Source: Candidatus Sericytochromatia bacterium (GTDB lineage Bacteria; Cyanobacteriota; Sericytochromatia; S15B-MN24; UBA4093). From it: a stretch of 64,000 bases of DNA. The stretch's first letter is position 1. Every line of letters starts with the position of its first letter. Position numbers and translations under genes: made by a program. A model generated the notes under the pieces. It was not told the DNA's origin and made no database searches. It was given only the letters and a program-made list of their open reading frames with translations. Below are positions 20,265 through 29,266 of this stretch, in pieces. The DNA lies in the NCBI GenBank assembly GCA_036676495.1, contig JAKFCT010000052.1:1-64000 (forward strand), read 5' to 3'.

Positions 20265-21505
20265 CGCATCCTCGCTTCCTGCGCCAGCGGATCTCCCGCG
20301 AGGACCCCGAGCACCCAGCGGTACTCCTGCTCAAGCGCGCTTACGAGCCCTTGCTTCAGCGCTGCCGGAAGCACCTCCCAGGTGTACGTCTCGATCTCCA
20401 GGTGCTGGCTGAAGGGCCGCTTCAGCCAGAGCTCGAGCAGCCGCCGGGTCTCGGCCTGCGTGGAAAGGAAGCGCTCGTAGCTCTCCGCGAAGAGCGGGAC
20501 ATGGAAGTGAATCCTCCACTCTTGAGCGCGGTCGTTCGTGAGATCCAGCAGGGCTTGGGGCAAATCCGGGAAGTAGCGCTGGAAGCCTCCTTTCATGCGT
20601 GCCATGACCTGGTGCAGGTAGATGGGCTCGGCCAAGGGGCCGAGATCCTCTCCGGTCCGGCGCCGCTCCGCGAGATCCGTGGGCAGGCTAACTTTGAGAG
20701 CGGAGCTGAGCTGGATCTTCCCGATTTGGATGCCGACCCCTTCGAGCCGGGCGATCGCCGCCTCGGGCTCCTCGTACGCCACCGCCAGGTGGCAGGCGTC
20801 CAGGCAGATCCGCACGTGCTCGAGAAGCTTGGCCTCCGCCTCCGGAACCGCGATGCCCAGCCGCTTGGCCAACGCGTGGCCTCCGCGCGGAAGCAGCCAG
20901 CCCTCGAAGAAGCGTACGACGTCGCCGGTATTGGAGAGCGTGCCCCCGGGCTCCGGCTCGAGATCGAGGTGAATGCGTTTTCCCGTCATCTGCTGGAGGA
21001 TCGCCAGATTTTCGACGACGGCCACCAGTTGCATGACCGCGCAGTCGTATCCCTCGCGATTCCAGCGTTGGCTCCAGGCCTTGTAAGAGATGGGAACCGT
21101 CGAGATGCTCCCTTCCACTCCCTCCGGCAGGAGGGCGGCAAGGATAGCGACAAGCCGCAGGGTGTAGGCACGACGGGCCTCCGTCGTCCAATCCGGAGCA
21201 AAGACCTGCTCTTTGACCCGTTGATGGTGAAACGCTCCGTACGGGAAGCCGATAATCGTGAAGAGGTAGAGCCCCTGTCTCTCGAGGAGATCTCGAAGCC
21301 CCTGCAAGCGGTCGTCGATCAGGAGATCCTCGGCTTCGGCGGCGGAGAGCCGCAACCCGACTCCGAAGGCGCGATCCGGAGCGAGGCGTCGCTTGAGTTC
21401 CAGGGTCGTCTCGCGAAGGTTGGCAAATACGTCCTTCCAGCCGTTGCTGGCATGGACGTTGCCGCAGTAGGTGAGGTGATGGCGGGCGTCGGGTCCGACT
21501 CGCAT
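20261..21505 (-). CDS. eboE: Metabolite traffic protein EboE (xylose-isomerase-like TIM barrel)
   Basis: HLTYCGNVH, FGVGLRLS, GFPYGAFH..RVKEQV..PDW, LDLEPEPG, CLDACH, EWRIHFHVP, HLEIETYTW; AGGAGGT RBS. Confidence 0.92.
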   Translation of the reverse strand: MRVGPDARHHLTYCGNVHASNGWKDVFANLRETTLELKRRLAPDRAFGVGLRLSAAEAEDLLIDDRLQGLRDLLERQGLYLFTIIGFPYGAFHHQRVKEQVFAPDWTTEARRAYTLRLVAILAALLPEGVEGSISTVPISYKAWSQRWNREGYDCAVMQLVAVVENLAILQQMTGKRIHLDLEPEPGGTLSNTGDVVRFFEGWLLPRGGHALAKRLGIAVPEAEAKLLEHVRICLDACHLAVAYEEPEAAIARLEGVGIQIGKIQLSSALKVSLPTDLAERRRTGEDLGPLAEPIYLHQVMARMKGGFQRYFPDLPQALLDLTNDRAQEWRIHFHVPLFAESYERFLSTQAETRRLLELWLKRPFSQHLEIETYTWEVLPAALKQGLVSALEQEYRWVLGVLAGDPLAQEARMR

Positions 21506-21516
21506 GGCGTACCTCC

Positions 21517-21717
21517 TCAAGCGGGTTCGCGCCGTGGAGGGCGGAACTTGGGGGACTGGCTCAGAAAGCGGATCGGGTTGTCGTAAACGATCGTGCGGAT
21601 CAGCGACTCGGCATGCTGGCGCATCTCCAGGATGAACTGCACGGCCGTGGGAACGCTCGATCCCCAGTCGCAGGCCGGGTTCACCGTGAGGCGCTTCGCG
21701 CCGTGAACGTCGCTCAT
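21517..21717 (-). pseudogene. eboB: 3' remnant of eboB-like TatD-family hydrolase gene
   Basis: HGAKRLTVNPACDWGSS...EMRQ...IRTIVYDNPIRFLSQSPKF resembles the EboB C-terminus (YG.ER...NSA.DWG.SDP...NP..F.SQS); N-terminal three quarters absent. Confidence 0.7.
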
Positions 21718-21902
21718 GTCGGCTCGAGGTACGGGCGCGCGCTGCCTCGCCACTCCCGCTCAAAGGCTTGCATGATTGGCCTCCCGCTCGACGCGCGCGC
21801 TCCCGGCGCGCTTCCTCATCTTCGTTGGCGACCCCCGGGAGCGGCTAGAGAGGAATCGCTAACGAATTTACCCACGGGGGCGGCGGCCTGTTTCCGTGAA
21901 AG

Positions 21903-21951
21903 CTTAACCCAAGCTTAGCGATTCGGAGGTTCGTTTACGTTCCGTTAACGC
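21903..21951 (+). promoter_or_regulatory. Two pairs of 11-bp-period TTAA-type direct repeats
   Basis: CTTAACCC-aag-CTTAGCGA (21903-21921) and GTTTACGT-tcc-GTTAACGC (21933-21951). Confidence 0.5.
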
Positions 21952-22020
21952 CCGATAGAGGGAAAAGAAGCTCTCCCCTCGGAGAAGATCCGCCGTCCCG
22001 CGCTTTCGAAGGAGGCCGTC

Positions 22021-22662
22021 ATGTCGCAGGTGAACGCCGTCCGGCAGGCTACGTTCCGCCCCGCCGTACAAGGATTTACCAACCCGATCAAGGACACCGA
22101 GACCGCCCTGGGTGCCGTGCGGGTGGCCACTCCCGTCGTGAAGGCCGGCCTGGATCATTTCGGGGGGTCCTTGCTCTCGCGCATCGGCGGTGGGGCCACA
22201 CCGCTGGCGAATGGCGGCTTCACGGCCTTGCCCAGCGCCGGCGTTTCGCTGGGTGGGGGAGTTTCCGGCGGCGTCATGACCGGTGGAGCGCGCGGCCTCG
22301 TCTCGCGAGCCGGGACGGCGGTCTCGGGAGCGCTCAACACCGTGCTCGGAGCCATGAAGTCCAATGCGCTCGTCGCGGCGGCCGTCTCGGCCCTCACCAA
22401 CGGCATCTCCTTCCTGACCGGAAAGACCTCCGGCCAGCGGGCCGCGAGCAACTTCGTCGTCGATACCGGCGCCTACACGGCCATCGGCGCCTCGAGCACC
22501 CTGGTGGGCGCCGCCCTCGGGTCGCTCATCCCCATCCCCTTCGTGGGGACCGCCATCGGCCTCGCCGCCGGCATGGGCCTCGGCTACCTCTACGAGAAGA
22601 CCCTGCGCAAGCCGCTTTCGGACAAGCTGGCCGAAACCGTCTTCCAGAAGCTTCCCGATTAA
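22021..22662 (+). CDS. Glycine-zipper domain hypothetical protein
   Basis: AAGGAGG RBS; C-terminal [26 protein letters not shown]; paralog of the next gene. Confidence 0.9.
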   Translation: MSQVNAVRQATFRPAVQGFTNPIKDTETALGAVRVATPVVKAGLDHFGGSLLSRIGGGATPLANGGFTALPSAGVSLGGGVSGGVMTGGARGLVSRAGTAVSGALNTVLGAMKSNALVAAAVSALTNGISFLTGKTSGQRAASNFVVDTGAYTAIGASSTLVGAALGSLIPIPFVGTAIGLAAGMGLGYLYEKTLRKPLSDKLAETVFQKLPD

Positions 22663-22700
22663 CCCGCCGGCCCTCCCGGCCGTCATCCCGTTCACCCGCG

Positions 22701-22731
22701 AACACCGCCTCCGCAGCTCGGAGGCGGTGTT
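22701..22731 (+). terminator. 13-bp hairpin, probable terminator
   Basis: AACACCGCCTCCG-cagct-CGGAGGCGGTGTT(T). Confidence 0.75.
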
Positions 22732-22856
22732 TGCGGTCTTGGCGGGCGCAAGGTTAAGAGAAGGCAAAGGACGAGCAAAGGTTTGGCGAGCTGAAGCAAG
22801 CCGTTTAATAATCGCCCTATAACCCTCGTATAACCGGCTCACCCCATCGAGGAGGG

Positions 22857-23984
22857 ATGCTCATGGCGATTCAGAACGTTAACTCGGTCACCCGCATTCA
22901 GACCGCTGCGGCCAGCACCCGCACCTATACCGTCAAGAAGGGGGACTACCTCGCCAAGATCGCCCGTGAGCAACTCGGGGATGCCAGCCGCTGGCCCGAG
23001 ATCTACGCGATGAACAAGAGCGTGATCGGATCCAACCCCAACCTGATCTACGCAGGCCAGGTTTACCGCCTCCCGGCCAAGACCCAGACCCCGGCCCCGA
23101 CTCCTGCTCCCAAGCCTACCCCCGCTCCCAAGCCTACCCCCGCTCCCAAGCCTACCCCCGCTCCCAAGCCCACCCCGGCCCCCAAGCCGACTCCGGCTCC
23201 GAAGCCCACCCCGAAGCCCTCGCCGGATCCCATCAAGTTCAAGGTCGATCCCGAGGATATCCGCATCGGCACCCCCTTGATCGCCAAGGTGGGCAACTGG
23301 ATCGCCGACCGGGTCGGACTCGGATCCATCGGCGGCGGCCCGAGCGGCGGCTTCATGAACCCCGGCCTCGACCCCACCATCGGTGGCCCGATCGATCCTG
23401 GCCTGGGCGGCGGCTTCGGCGCAGACCCGATCATGGCGGACCCGGGTCTCGGCGGAGCTCTCCCCAGCGAGCCGGTCGCCCTCGACCCCGGCATGGGCGA
23501 CCCCTCCCTCGCCACCGACTTCTCGGGCGGCACCATGGGCGGCATCTCCGGTGGCGTCAGCAACGTGATGAGCCGCCTGGGCGAGGCCGTGAGCGCCGGA
23601 TTCCAGGCCGCCAAGGGCGCCCTGAAGCGGAACTTCATCTTCGCGGGCATCACCTCGGCCGTCAGCAACGGCATCGCCTACTTCACGGGCAAGGCCACCG
23701 GCAAGCAGGCCGTTAGTGGCTTCGTCGCCGACACCGGCGCCTACACCGCCATCGGTTCGGCCAGCACCTTCGCCGGAGCGGCCCTGGGCACCCTGATCCC
23801 CATCCCCTTCGTGGGCACGGCCATCGGTATCGCCGCCGGTATGGGCCTCGGCTACCTCTACGAGAAGTTCGTCCGCAAGGACCTCGTGAAGAAGGTCGAA
23901 GGCGTCGTCGACGAACTCGGCGGAGCGACCGGCAAGAACGCCCTCGCCCAGGGCAAGAGCGCGCTCGACAGGCTCTCCCTGTAA
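22857..23984 (+). CDS. LysM domain + PTPAPK linker + glycine-zipper domain protein
   Basis: [13 protein letters not shown]...WPEIYAMN...[14 protein letters not shown] (LysM); C-terminal domain nearly identical to that of 22021-22662. Confidence 0.92.
   Translation: MLMAIQNVNSVTRIQTAAASTRTYTVKKGDYLAKIAREQLGDASRWPEIYAMNKSVIGSNPNLIYAGQVYRLPAKTQTPAPTPAPKPTPAPKPTPAPKPTPAPKPTPAPKPTPAPKPTPKPSPDPIKFKVDPEDIRIGTPLIAKVGNWIADRVGLGSIGGGPSGGFMNPGLDPTIGGPIDPGLGGGFGADPIMADPGLGGALPSEPVALDPGMGDPSLATDFSGGTMGGISGGVSNVMSRLGEAVSAGFQAAKGALKRNFIFAGITSAVSNGIAYFTGKATGKQAVSGFVADTGAYTAIGSASTFAGAALGTLIPIPFVGTAIGIAAGMGLGYLYEKFVRKDLVKKVEGVVDELGGATGKNALAQGKSALDRLSL
23088..23220 (+). repeat. Coding 18-bp tandem repeat (PTPAPK x ~7)
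   Basis: GCTCCCAAGCCTACCCCC units in frame. Confidence 0.9.
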
Positions 23985-23989
23985 GCCAA

Positions 23990-24037
23990 ATCCAAAAGAA
24001 AGCGCCGCCGAGAAATCGGCGGCGCTTTCTTTTGGAT
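23990..24037. terminator. Bidirectional intrinsic terminator, perfect 22-bp stem
   Basis: ATCCAAAAGAAAGCGCCGCCGA-gaaa-TCGGCGGCGCTTTCTTTTGGAT between convergent genes. Confidence 0.92.
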
Positions 24038-24080
24038 GGTAGGCGATGGCAGGCGACGCGGCCCCGTGGGCAAGCGCCTG

Positions 24081-24656
24081 CTAAGCTTTGGCGGTCGCGT
24101 TGAAGCGGTTCATCGCCTCGGAGTAGCCCTTGGCCAGGGCGGTTTCCACGGCAATCACCGCGTCGTTGAGCCCCTGGTCGAGGGTGTCGCGCTCCGCAGG
24201 AGCGAACCGGCTGAGGACGAAGTCCTTGGTCGACCAGCGCGGGGGAAGCGGGCCCACACCCACCCGGAGGCGAGCGAAAATCTGGGTGCCCAGGTGCTGG
24301 ATGATCGAGGAGATGCCGTTGTGGCCGCCGGCGGAGCCCTGGATCCGGATCCGGATGGAGCCCAGTGGAAGCGCGAAGTCGTCGTAGACGACCAGCAGGT
24401 CGTCCGCCGTCAGCTTGTAGAACTGCAAGACCTTCTGGATGGAGCGCCCCGACAGGTTCATGTAGGTGATGGGTTCGACCAAGAGCACCTTCTGGCCCGC
24501 GACATGCGCCTCGGCCACCAGGGCCTCGAATTTCGGCTCGAGGCGCGCCTCGGCTCCCCATGCCTTGGCCAGCCGCTCGATCACCATGAACCCGGCGTTG
24601 TGTCGGGTCTCCTCGTATTGCTTGCCGGGATTCCCCAGCCCCACGATGACCTTCAT
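24081..24656 (-). CDS. pth: Peptidyl-tRNA hydrolase
   Basis: IVGLGNPG..Y..TRHNAGF, TYMNLSG, GSAGGHNG. Confidence 0.97.
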   Translation of the reverse strand: MKVIVGLGNPGKQYEETRHNAGFMVIERLAKAWGAEARLEPKFEALVAEAHVAGQKVLLVEPITYMNLSGRSIQKVLQFYKLTADDLLVVYDDFALPLGSIRIRIQGSAGGHNGISSIIQHLGTQIFARLRVGVGPLPPRWSTKDFVLSRFAPAERDTLDQGLNDAVIAVETALAKGYSEAMNRFNATAKA

Positions 24657-24659
24657 GGC

Positions 24660-25655
24660 TTAGTCGAAGAGCGTGCTGATCGACTCGTCCTCGTGGATAC
24701 GCAGGATGGCTTCGCCCAGCAGGGTCGCCACCGAAAGGACCTTGATCTTGCTGATCTGCTTTTCGGGAGGCAGGGGAATGGTGTTGGCGACGACCATCTC
24801 GCGCAGCGGAGCCGCCTCGAGGCGCTCGATGGCGGGCCCGGAGAGCACGGGATGGGTGACGGCCGCGTAGATCTCGCGGGCGCCCTCGCGGGCGAGCAGC
24901 TTCGCCACCTCGGTGAGCGTGCCGGCCGTGTCGGCCAGGTCGTCGATGATGACGCAGGTCCGGCCCTTGATCTCGCCGATGACGTTGAGGACTTCGGCGG
25001 TGTTGTGCTTGGGACGGCGCTTGTCGATGATGGCCAGGGGAGCGTCAAGCTTCTTGGCGAAGGCGCGGGCGCGGGCGACGCCGCCGACGTCCGGGGAGAC
25101 GATCGTCAGGTCTTCGAAGTTCTTGCTGCGGATGTAGTCGATCAGGACGGGCAGCGCTTGCAGATGATCCATCAGGATATCGAAGAAGCCCTGTATCTGC
25201 GGCGCGTGAAGGTCCATCGCGAGCACGCGGGTGGCGCCCGCCGTGGTGATCAGGTCGGCGACCAGCTTCGCGGTGATGGCCTCGCGGCCGGCAGCCTTGC
25301 GGTCCTGGCGGGCGTAGGCGTAGTAAGGAATCACGGCCGTGATGGAGCGGGCGCTCGCACGCTTGAACGCGTCGAGCATGATGCAGAGCTCCATCATGTG
25401 GTAGTTGACCGGGTGACAGATGGGCTGAATCAGGAAGACATCCGCGCCGCGCACCGAATCCTCGATCTGCACGTAGATCTCGCCGTCCGAGAAGTTGGCG
25501 ATCTTGACGCCACCGAGCTCAGTACCCAGCTGGCTGGCGATCTCCTGGGCCAGCGCCGGGTTGGCGGAGCCGGAGAACAGCTTCATCGTGCGGTGAGGAA
25601 CGCGGGCGCGCTCCCCGGCACGTTGGGCAAGGACGCTCGTCGGATTGTCAATCAT
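24660..25655 (-). CDS. prs: Ribose-phosphate pyrophosphokinase
   Basis: FSDGE, PYYAYARQDRK, DLHAPQIQGFF, VSPDVGG, DDLADTAGT; ATG overlaps the glmU stop. Confidence 0.97.
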   Translation of the reverse strand: MIDNPTSVLAQRAGERARVPHRTMKLFSGSANPALAQEIASQLGTELGGVKIANFSDGEIYVQIEDSVRGADVFLIQPICHPVNYHMMELCIMLDAFKRASARSITAVIPYYAYARQDRKAAGREAITAKLVADLITTAGATRVLAMDLHAPQIQGFFDILMDHLQALPVLIDYIRSKNFEDLTIVSPDVGGVARARAFAKKLDAPLAIIDKRRPKHNTAEVLNVIGEIKGRTCVIIDDLADTAGTLTEVAKLLAREGAREIYAAVTHPVLSGPAIERLEAAPLREMVVANTIPLPPEKQISKIKVLSVATLLGEAILRIHEDESISTLFD

Positions 25656-27046
25656 GTCGTGATTCCTTTGCGTTGCAGGGCCCATCCTTCCTTGACGACC
25701 TGCCGGGCCCGGCCGAGCGCCAGGGAACCCGCCGGAACGTCCGAGACGATGGTGGAGCCCGCCGCCGTGTAGGCGTGGTCTCCGATGGTGACGGGAGCCA
25801 CCAGGGTGTTATTGGTCCCGATGAAGGCTCCCTCCCCGATCATCGTCGGGTGCTTCCGTGTGCCGTCGTAGTTACAGGTGATCGTGCCTGCCCCGATGTT
25901 CGCCTTCGAACCAATCGTGGCGTCACCCAGGTACGCGAGGTGAGCGGCCTTGGCGCCGTCGCCAAAGCGGGAACCCTTGACCTCGACGAAGTTGCCGATG
26001 CGGACCTTGCGGCCGAGCGCCGCCCCGCCCCGCATCCGGGCGAAAGGACCGATGGTCGTCTCATCGCCGACCGTGGTGTCTTCCAGGTCGGACTGGCGGA
26101 TCTCGACGCGATCGCCGAGCGCCGTGTCGCGAAGGCGGCTGAAGGCCCCCACGCGGCACGCCTGCCCGACGACGGTCTTGCCGTAGAGGGCGACGCCCTG
26201 CTCGATGACCGTGTCCTCGCCAATCTCGACCCGGGGGCCGATCCAGGTGGTCGCGGGGCTCTCGACGGTCACTCCGTTGGAGAGCCAGTAGGAGGCGCTG
26301 CGCTTCTGGTACTCGGCGGCAAGGGCCACCAGCTCGGCGCGCGTGTTGATGCCGGAGACTTCCGTCGCGTCCGCCGTCACGTGCCCGATGACGACCTCAC
26401 CGGCCTCCACCAGCCGTGCGACTGCATCCGTCAGGTAGTACTCGCCCTGGGCATTGGAATTGGAAAGTGTGGCGATCGCCGCCCGCAGCTTCGACCAGTC
26501 GGCCAGGTACACGCCCGCGTTGATCTCGCGGATCTCCCGCTGGGCCGGGGTGGCGTCCTTGTGCTCGACGATGCCCTTCACGCGGCCGCTCTCGCGGACG
26601 ATCCGGCCGTAGCCCGTGGGATCGGCAAGCTCGGTGGTGAGGAGGGTGAGGGCCGCGCCCGCGTCGCGGTGGGCCTGCTGCATGTCCGAGAGGGTCTCGG
26701 CGGAAAGGAGCGGCACGTCGCCCGACAGGATGAGCACGTCGCCCTGGAAATCGCTCAGAGACGGAACGACCTGCTGGACCGCATGACCGGTGCCCAGTTG
26801 CTCGCGCTGCTCGACGGTCTGGACCCAGCCCGGAAGGGTGGCGCGGACGCGCTCGGCGCCGTGGCCGACGATGGCGATCGCCCGCGGTATGCCCATGCGC
26901 TCGACCGTGGCGAGCACATGACCCAAGAGCGTCTCCCCCGCGATCTCATGAAGGACCTTGGGCAGCTGCGACCGCATGCGGGTTCCCTTGCCCGCGGCGA
27001 GGATGACGACGGTGACTTCCGCGTGGTCAGTTCGGCTCGAAAACAC
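25652..27046 (-). CDS. glmU: Bifunctional UDP-GlcNAc pyrophosphorylase/GlcN-1-P acetyltransferase
   Basis: ILAAGKGTRM, QLGTGHA, EYYLTD, GNFVEVK, HLAYLGDA, TCNYDG. Confidence 0.97.
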   Translation of the reverse strand: MFSSRTDHAEVTVVILAAGKGTRMRSQLPKVLHEIAGETLLGHVLATVERMGIPRAIAIVGHGAERVRATLPGWVQTVEQREQLGTGHAVQQVVPSLSDFQGDVLILSGDVPLLSAETLSDMQQAHRDAGAALTLLTTELADPTGYGRIVRESGRVKGIVEHKDATPAQREIREINAGVYLADWSKLRAAIATLSNSNAQGEYYLTDAVARLVEAGEVVIGHVTADATEVSGINTRAELVALAAEYQKRSASYWLSNGVTVESPATTWIGPRVEIGEDTVIEQGVALYGKTVVGQACRVGAFSRLRDTALGDRVEIRQSDLEDTTVGDETTIGPFARMRGGAALGRKVRIGNFVEVKGSRFGDGAKAAHLAYLGDATIGSKANIGAGTITCNYDGTRKHPTMIGEGAFIGTNNTLVAPVTIGDHAYTAAGSTIVSDVPAGSLALGRARQVVKEGWALQRKGITT

Positions 27047-27098
27047 GTTCTTTCGCTCTCCTTGGCTGACAAGTATAACACTACCATTCTAACAGGGG

Positions 27099-28211
27099 TT
27101 AGGGGTCGTGGAACTCCTCATCGTCGGCATGCAGGTCCCCGTCCTCGTCTTGCAGATCGAAGTCGTCCAGGGAGACGCCGGCGAGCTTCTGCTTGGCCAC
27201 CCGGCGGGAATCCGTGCGGGCCACCACGCCCAGCTTGACCAGCTTCTTCTCCGCGCCGCCCCCGGCAGACTTCCGTTTGATCGTCTCCTCGACCTTGATG
27301 CTGGTGTCGGAGAGCCGCTTCTCGGTGGCGAGCAACTCCTCGAGGAAGCGCAAGTAGCTGGCGTAGCGCTCGGGGGTGATCGCCGCATGGGCCTTCACCG
27401 CGCAGTCGGGCTCCTCGCGATGCAGGCAGTCCGGAAAGCGGCAATGCGGGATATGCGGCTTCATCTCCGGGAAGAGCCAACCCAGGTCAGTCGGAGGCAG
27501 GGCTCCGAAGTCCATGTGCGAGTAACCGGGCGTATCTCCGACCAACGCCTCGCCGTCGGGGCCGTCGAGGACGTAAAGCGAGGCATAGGTGGTGGTGTGG
27601 CGGCCGCGGCCCAGCTTCTCGCTGACCTCGTTGGCCTTGAGCGCGAGGCCCGGCTGCAAGGCGTTGAGGAGCGAGGACTTGCCGACTCCGGACGGTCCCG
27701 CCAGGACCGAGACCCGGTTCTCCAGCACCCGCCAGAGTTCCGAGACCTCTCCGCCCTTGGCGGTGGTGGTCACGACCGGATACCCGGCGGCCTCGTAGGG
27801 GGAGATCATCTCATGCAGGCGCTCGGCCGATACCCGGTCGCGCTTGTTGATGCAGATCACGGCGTCGATCCCGCTCTGGGCCGCCAGCGTGAGGAAACGA
27901 TCGAGGGTCTGGGGGCTGAAGGCCGGGGCGTCTGCCGCCATGACGATGACGACCTGATCGACGTTGGCCAGGGTCGGGCGCGGCAGCAGGTTGAAGCGCG
28001 GCTCGACGCCAACGATCCAGGCGGTGTGGTGGGTCTCGTTGATCTCGTCGAGCGTGACCCGGTCCCCGATGGCGACCTGGATCTTTTCCTTCTTCATCCG
28101 GGCCCGGAGCATGCAGGCATACTCCTGGCCATGGTGACGCACGTAGTAGTAGCTCCCGATGCGCCGGATGACGGTCGGCGCCTCGGGGCTCCACCCCGTG
28201 CGGTAGGTCAT
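27099..28211 (-). CDS. rsgA: Ribosome small subunit-dependent GTPase A
   Basis: INKRD, GPSGVGKSSLLN, GRHTT, DTPG, CRFPDCLHREEPDC zinc finger; ATG overlaps the rlmN stop. Confidence 0.95.
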   Translation of the reverse strand: MTYRTGWSPEAPTVIRRIGSYYYVRHHGQEYACMLRARMKKEKIQVAIGDRVTLDEINETHHTAWIVGVEPRFNLLPRPTLANVDQVVIVMAADAPAFSPQTLDRFLTLAAQSGIDAVICINKRDRVSAERLHEMISPYEAAGYPVVTTTAKGGEVSELWRVLENRVSVLAGPSGVGKSSLLNALQPGLALKANEVSEKLGRGRHTTTYASLYVLDGPDGEALVGDTPGYSHMDFGALPPTDLGWLFPEMKPHIPHCRFPDCLHREEPDCAVKAHAAITPERYASYLRFLEELLATEKRLSDTSIKVEETIKRKSAGGGAEKKLVKLGVVARTDSRRVAKQKLAGVSLDDFDLQDEDGDLHADDEEFHDP

Positions 28212-29266
28212 GCGCCCTTCCCCGCTTCCTGGGGAAGCGTCTCGCCGGGAACCACTTCGGCCTGGCGGCGCAGCTGGCCGCAGGCGGCCGCGATGTCCGC
28301 GCCGCGCTCGACCCGCACCGTGACCGGGAAGCCGGCGGTTTCGAGGATCTTGGCGAAGGTCTGGATGTCTTGGGGCCGGGACGGCTTGAAGTCGGCGTCC
28401 GTGGCGTTGTAGGGGATCAGGTTCACGTGGACGTGAAGGCCGCGCAGCCACTCGGCCATCTCGCGGGCGAGATCCGGAGTGTCGTTCACGCCTCCGAGCA
28501 TGACGTACTCGACGGTGATCCGGCGGTGGGTCTTGTCATGGTAGTCCCGCAGGGCGGTCTTGAGCGCCGCGAGGTTGTAGCGCCGGTTCAGGGGCACCAG
28601 GTAGTCGCGTAGCTTGTCGTTGGGCGCATGAAGCGAGAAGGCCAGGGTCAGCTGAAGGTTCTCCTCGGCGAGCTTCTCAATGCCCGGGACGACCCCCGAG
28701 GTCGAGACGGTGAGGTGCCGCATGCCGATGCCCACCTCATGGTTGAGCAAATGGATGGCTTTCACGGTGGCCTCGTAGTTGTGCAAGGGCTCGCCCATGC
28801 CCATGAAGACGACGTTCGTCACGCGATCGCCGCATTCCTTCTGCATCAGGGCGACCTGCTCGACGACCTCGCCGGCCGAGAGGTTGCGCTGGAAGCCCGA
28901 CAATCCCGTCGCGCAGAAGGCGCACTTCACCGCGCAGCCGATCTGCGTCGACACGCAGACCGAAAGGCCGTACTCGCTGGGCATCAGGACCGACTCGATC
29001 ATCCCGCAGCCCGAGGAGTCGAAGAGGAACTTGCGCGTCCCGTCCGAGGCCACCTGGACCTTGGCAACTTGCAGCGCGCCACCCCGGTACCCCTCGGCCT
29101 TGAGCTTCTCGCGGAAGGCCTTGGGCAGATCCGTCATGGCGTCGAGATCGGTCACGCCCTGCTTGTAGAGCCACTTGGCGATCTGGGTTCCCCGGTAGGC
29201 GGATTCTCCCAGGCGCTCGGCCAGTTCCTTCAATTCTTGGGCGGTCAAGCCCATCAACTCAGCCAT
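28208..29266 (-). CDS. rlmN: 23S rRNA (A2503-C2) methyltransferase RlmN
   Basis: CVSTQIGCAVKCAFC radical-SAM motif, FMGMGEP, DIAAACGQL. Confidence 0.97.
   Translation of the reverse strand: MAELMGLTAQELKELAERLGESAYRGTQIAKWLYKQGVTDLDAMTDLPKAFREKLKAEGYRGGALQVAKVQVASDGTRKFLFDSSGCGMIESVLMPSEYGLSVCVSTQIGCAVKCAFCATGLSGFQRNLSAGEVVEQVALMQKECGDRVTNVVFMGMGEPLHNYEATVKAIHLLNHEVGIGMRHLTVSTSGVVPGIEKLAEENLQLTLAFSLHAPNDKLRDYLVPLNRRYNLAALKTALRDYHDKTHRRITVEYVMLGGVNDTPDLAREMAEWLRGLHVHVNLIPYNATDADFKPSRPQDIQTFAKILETAGFPVTVRVERGADIAAACGQLRRQAEVVPGETLPQEAGKGA

Noticed and set aside
20261-21763. 500-aa N-terminally extended EboE
   Set aside because: A strong RBS and family N-terminus place the start at 21505; the extension overlaps the eboB remnant in another frame
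22920-23075. LysM gene as part of a prophage or contractile injection system
   Set aside because: No sheath, tube, baseplate or other phage genes in the window
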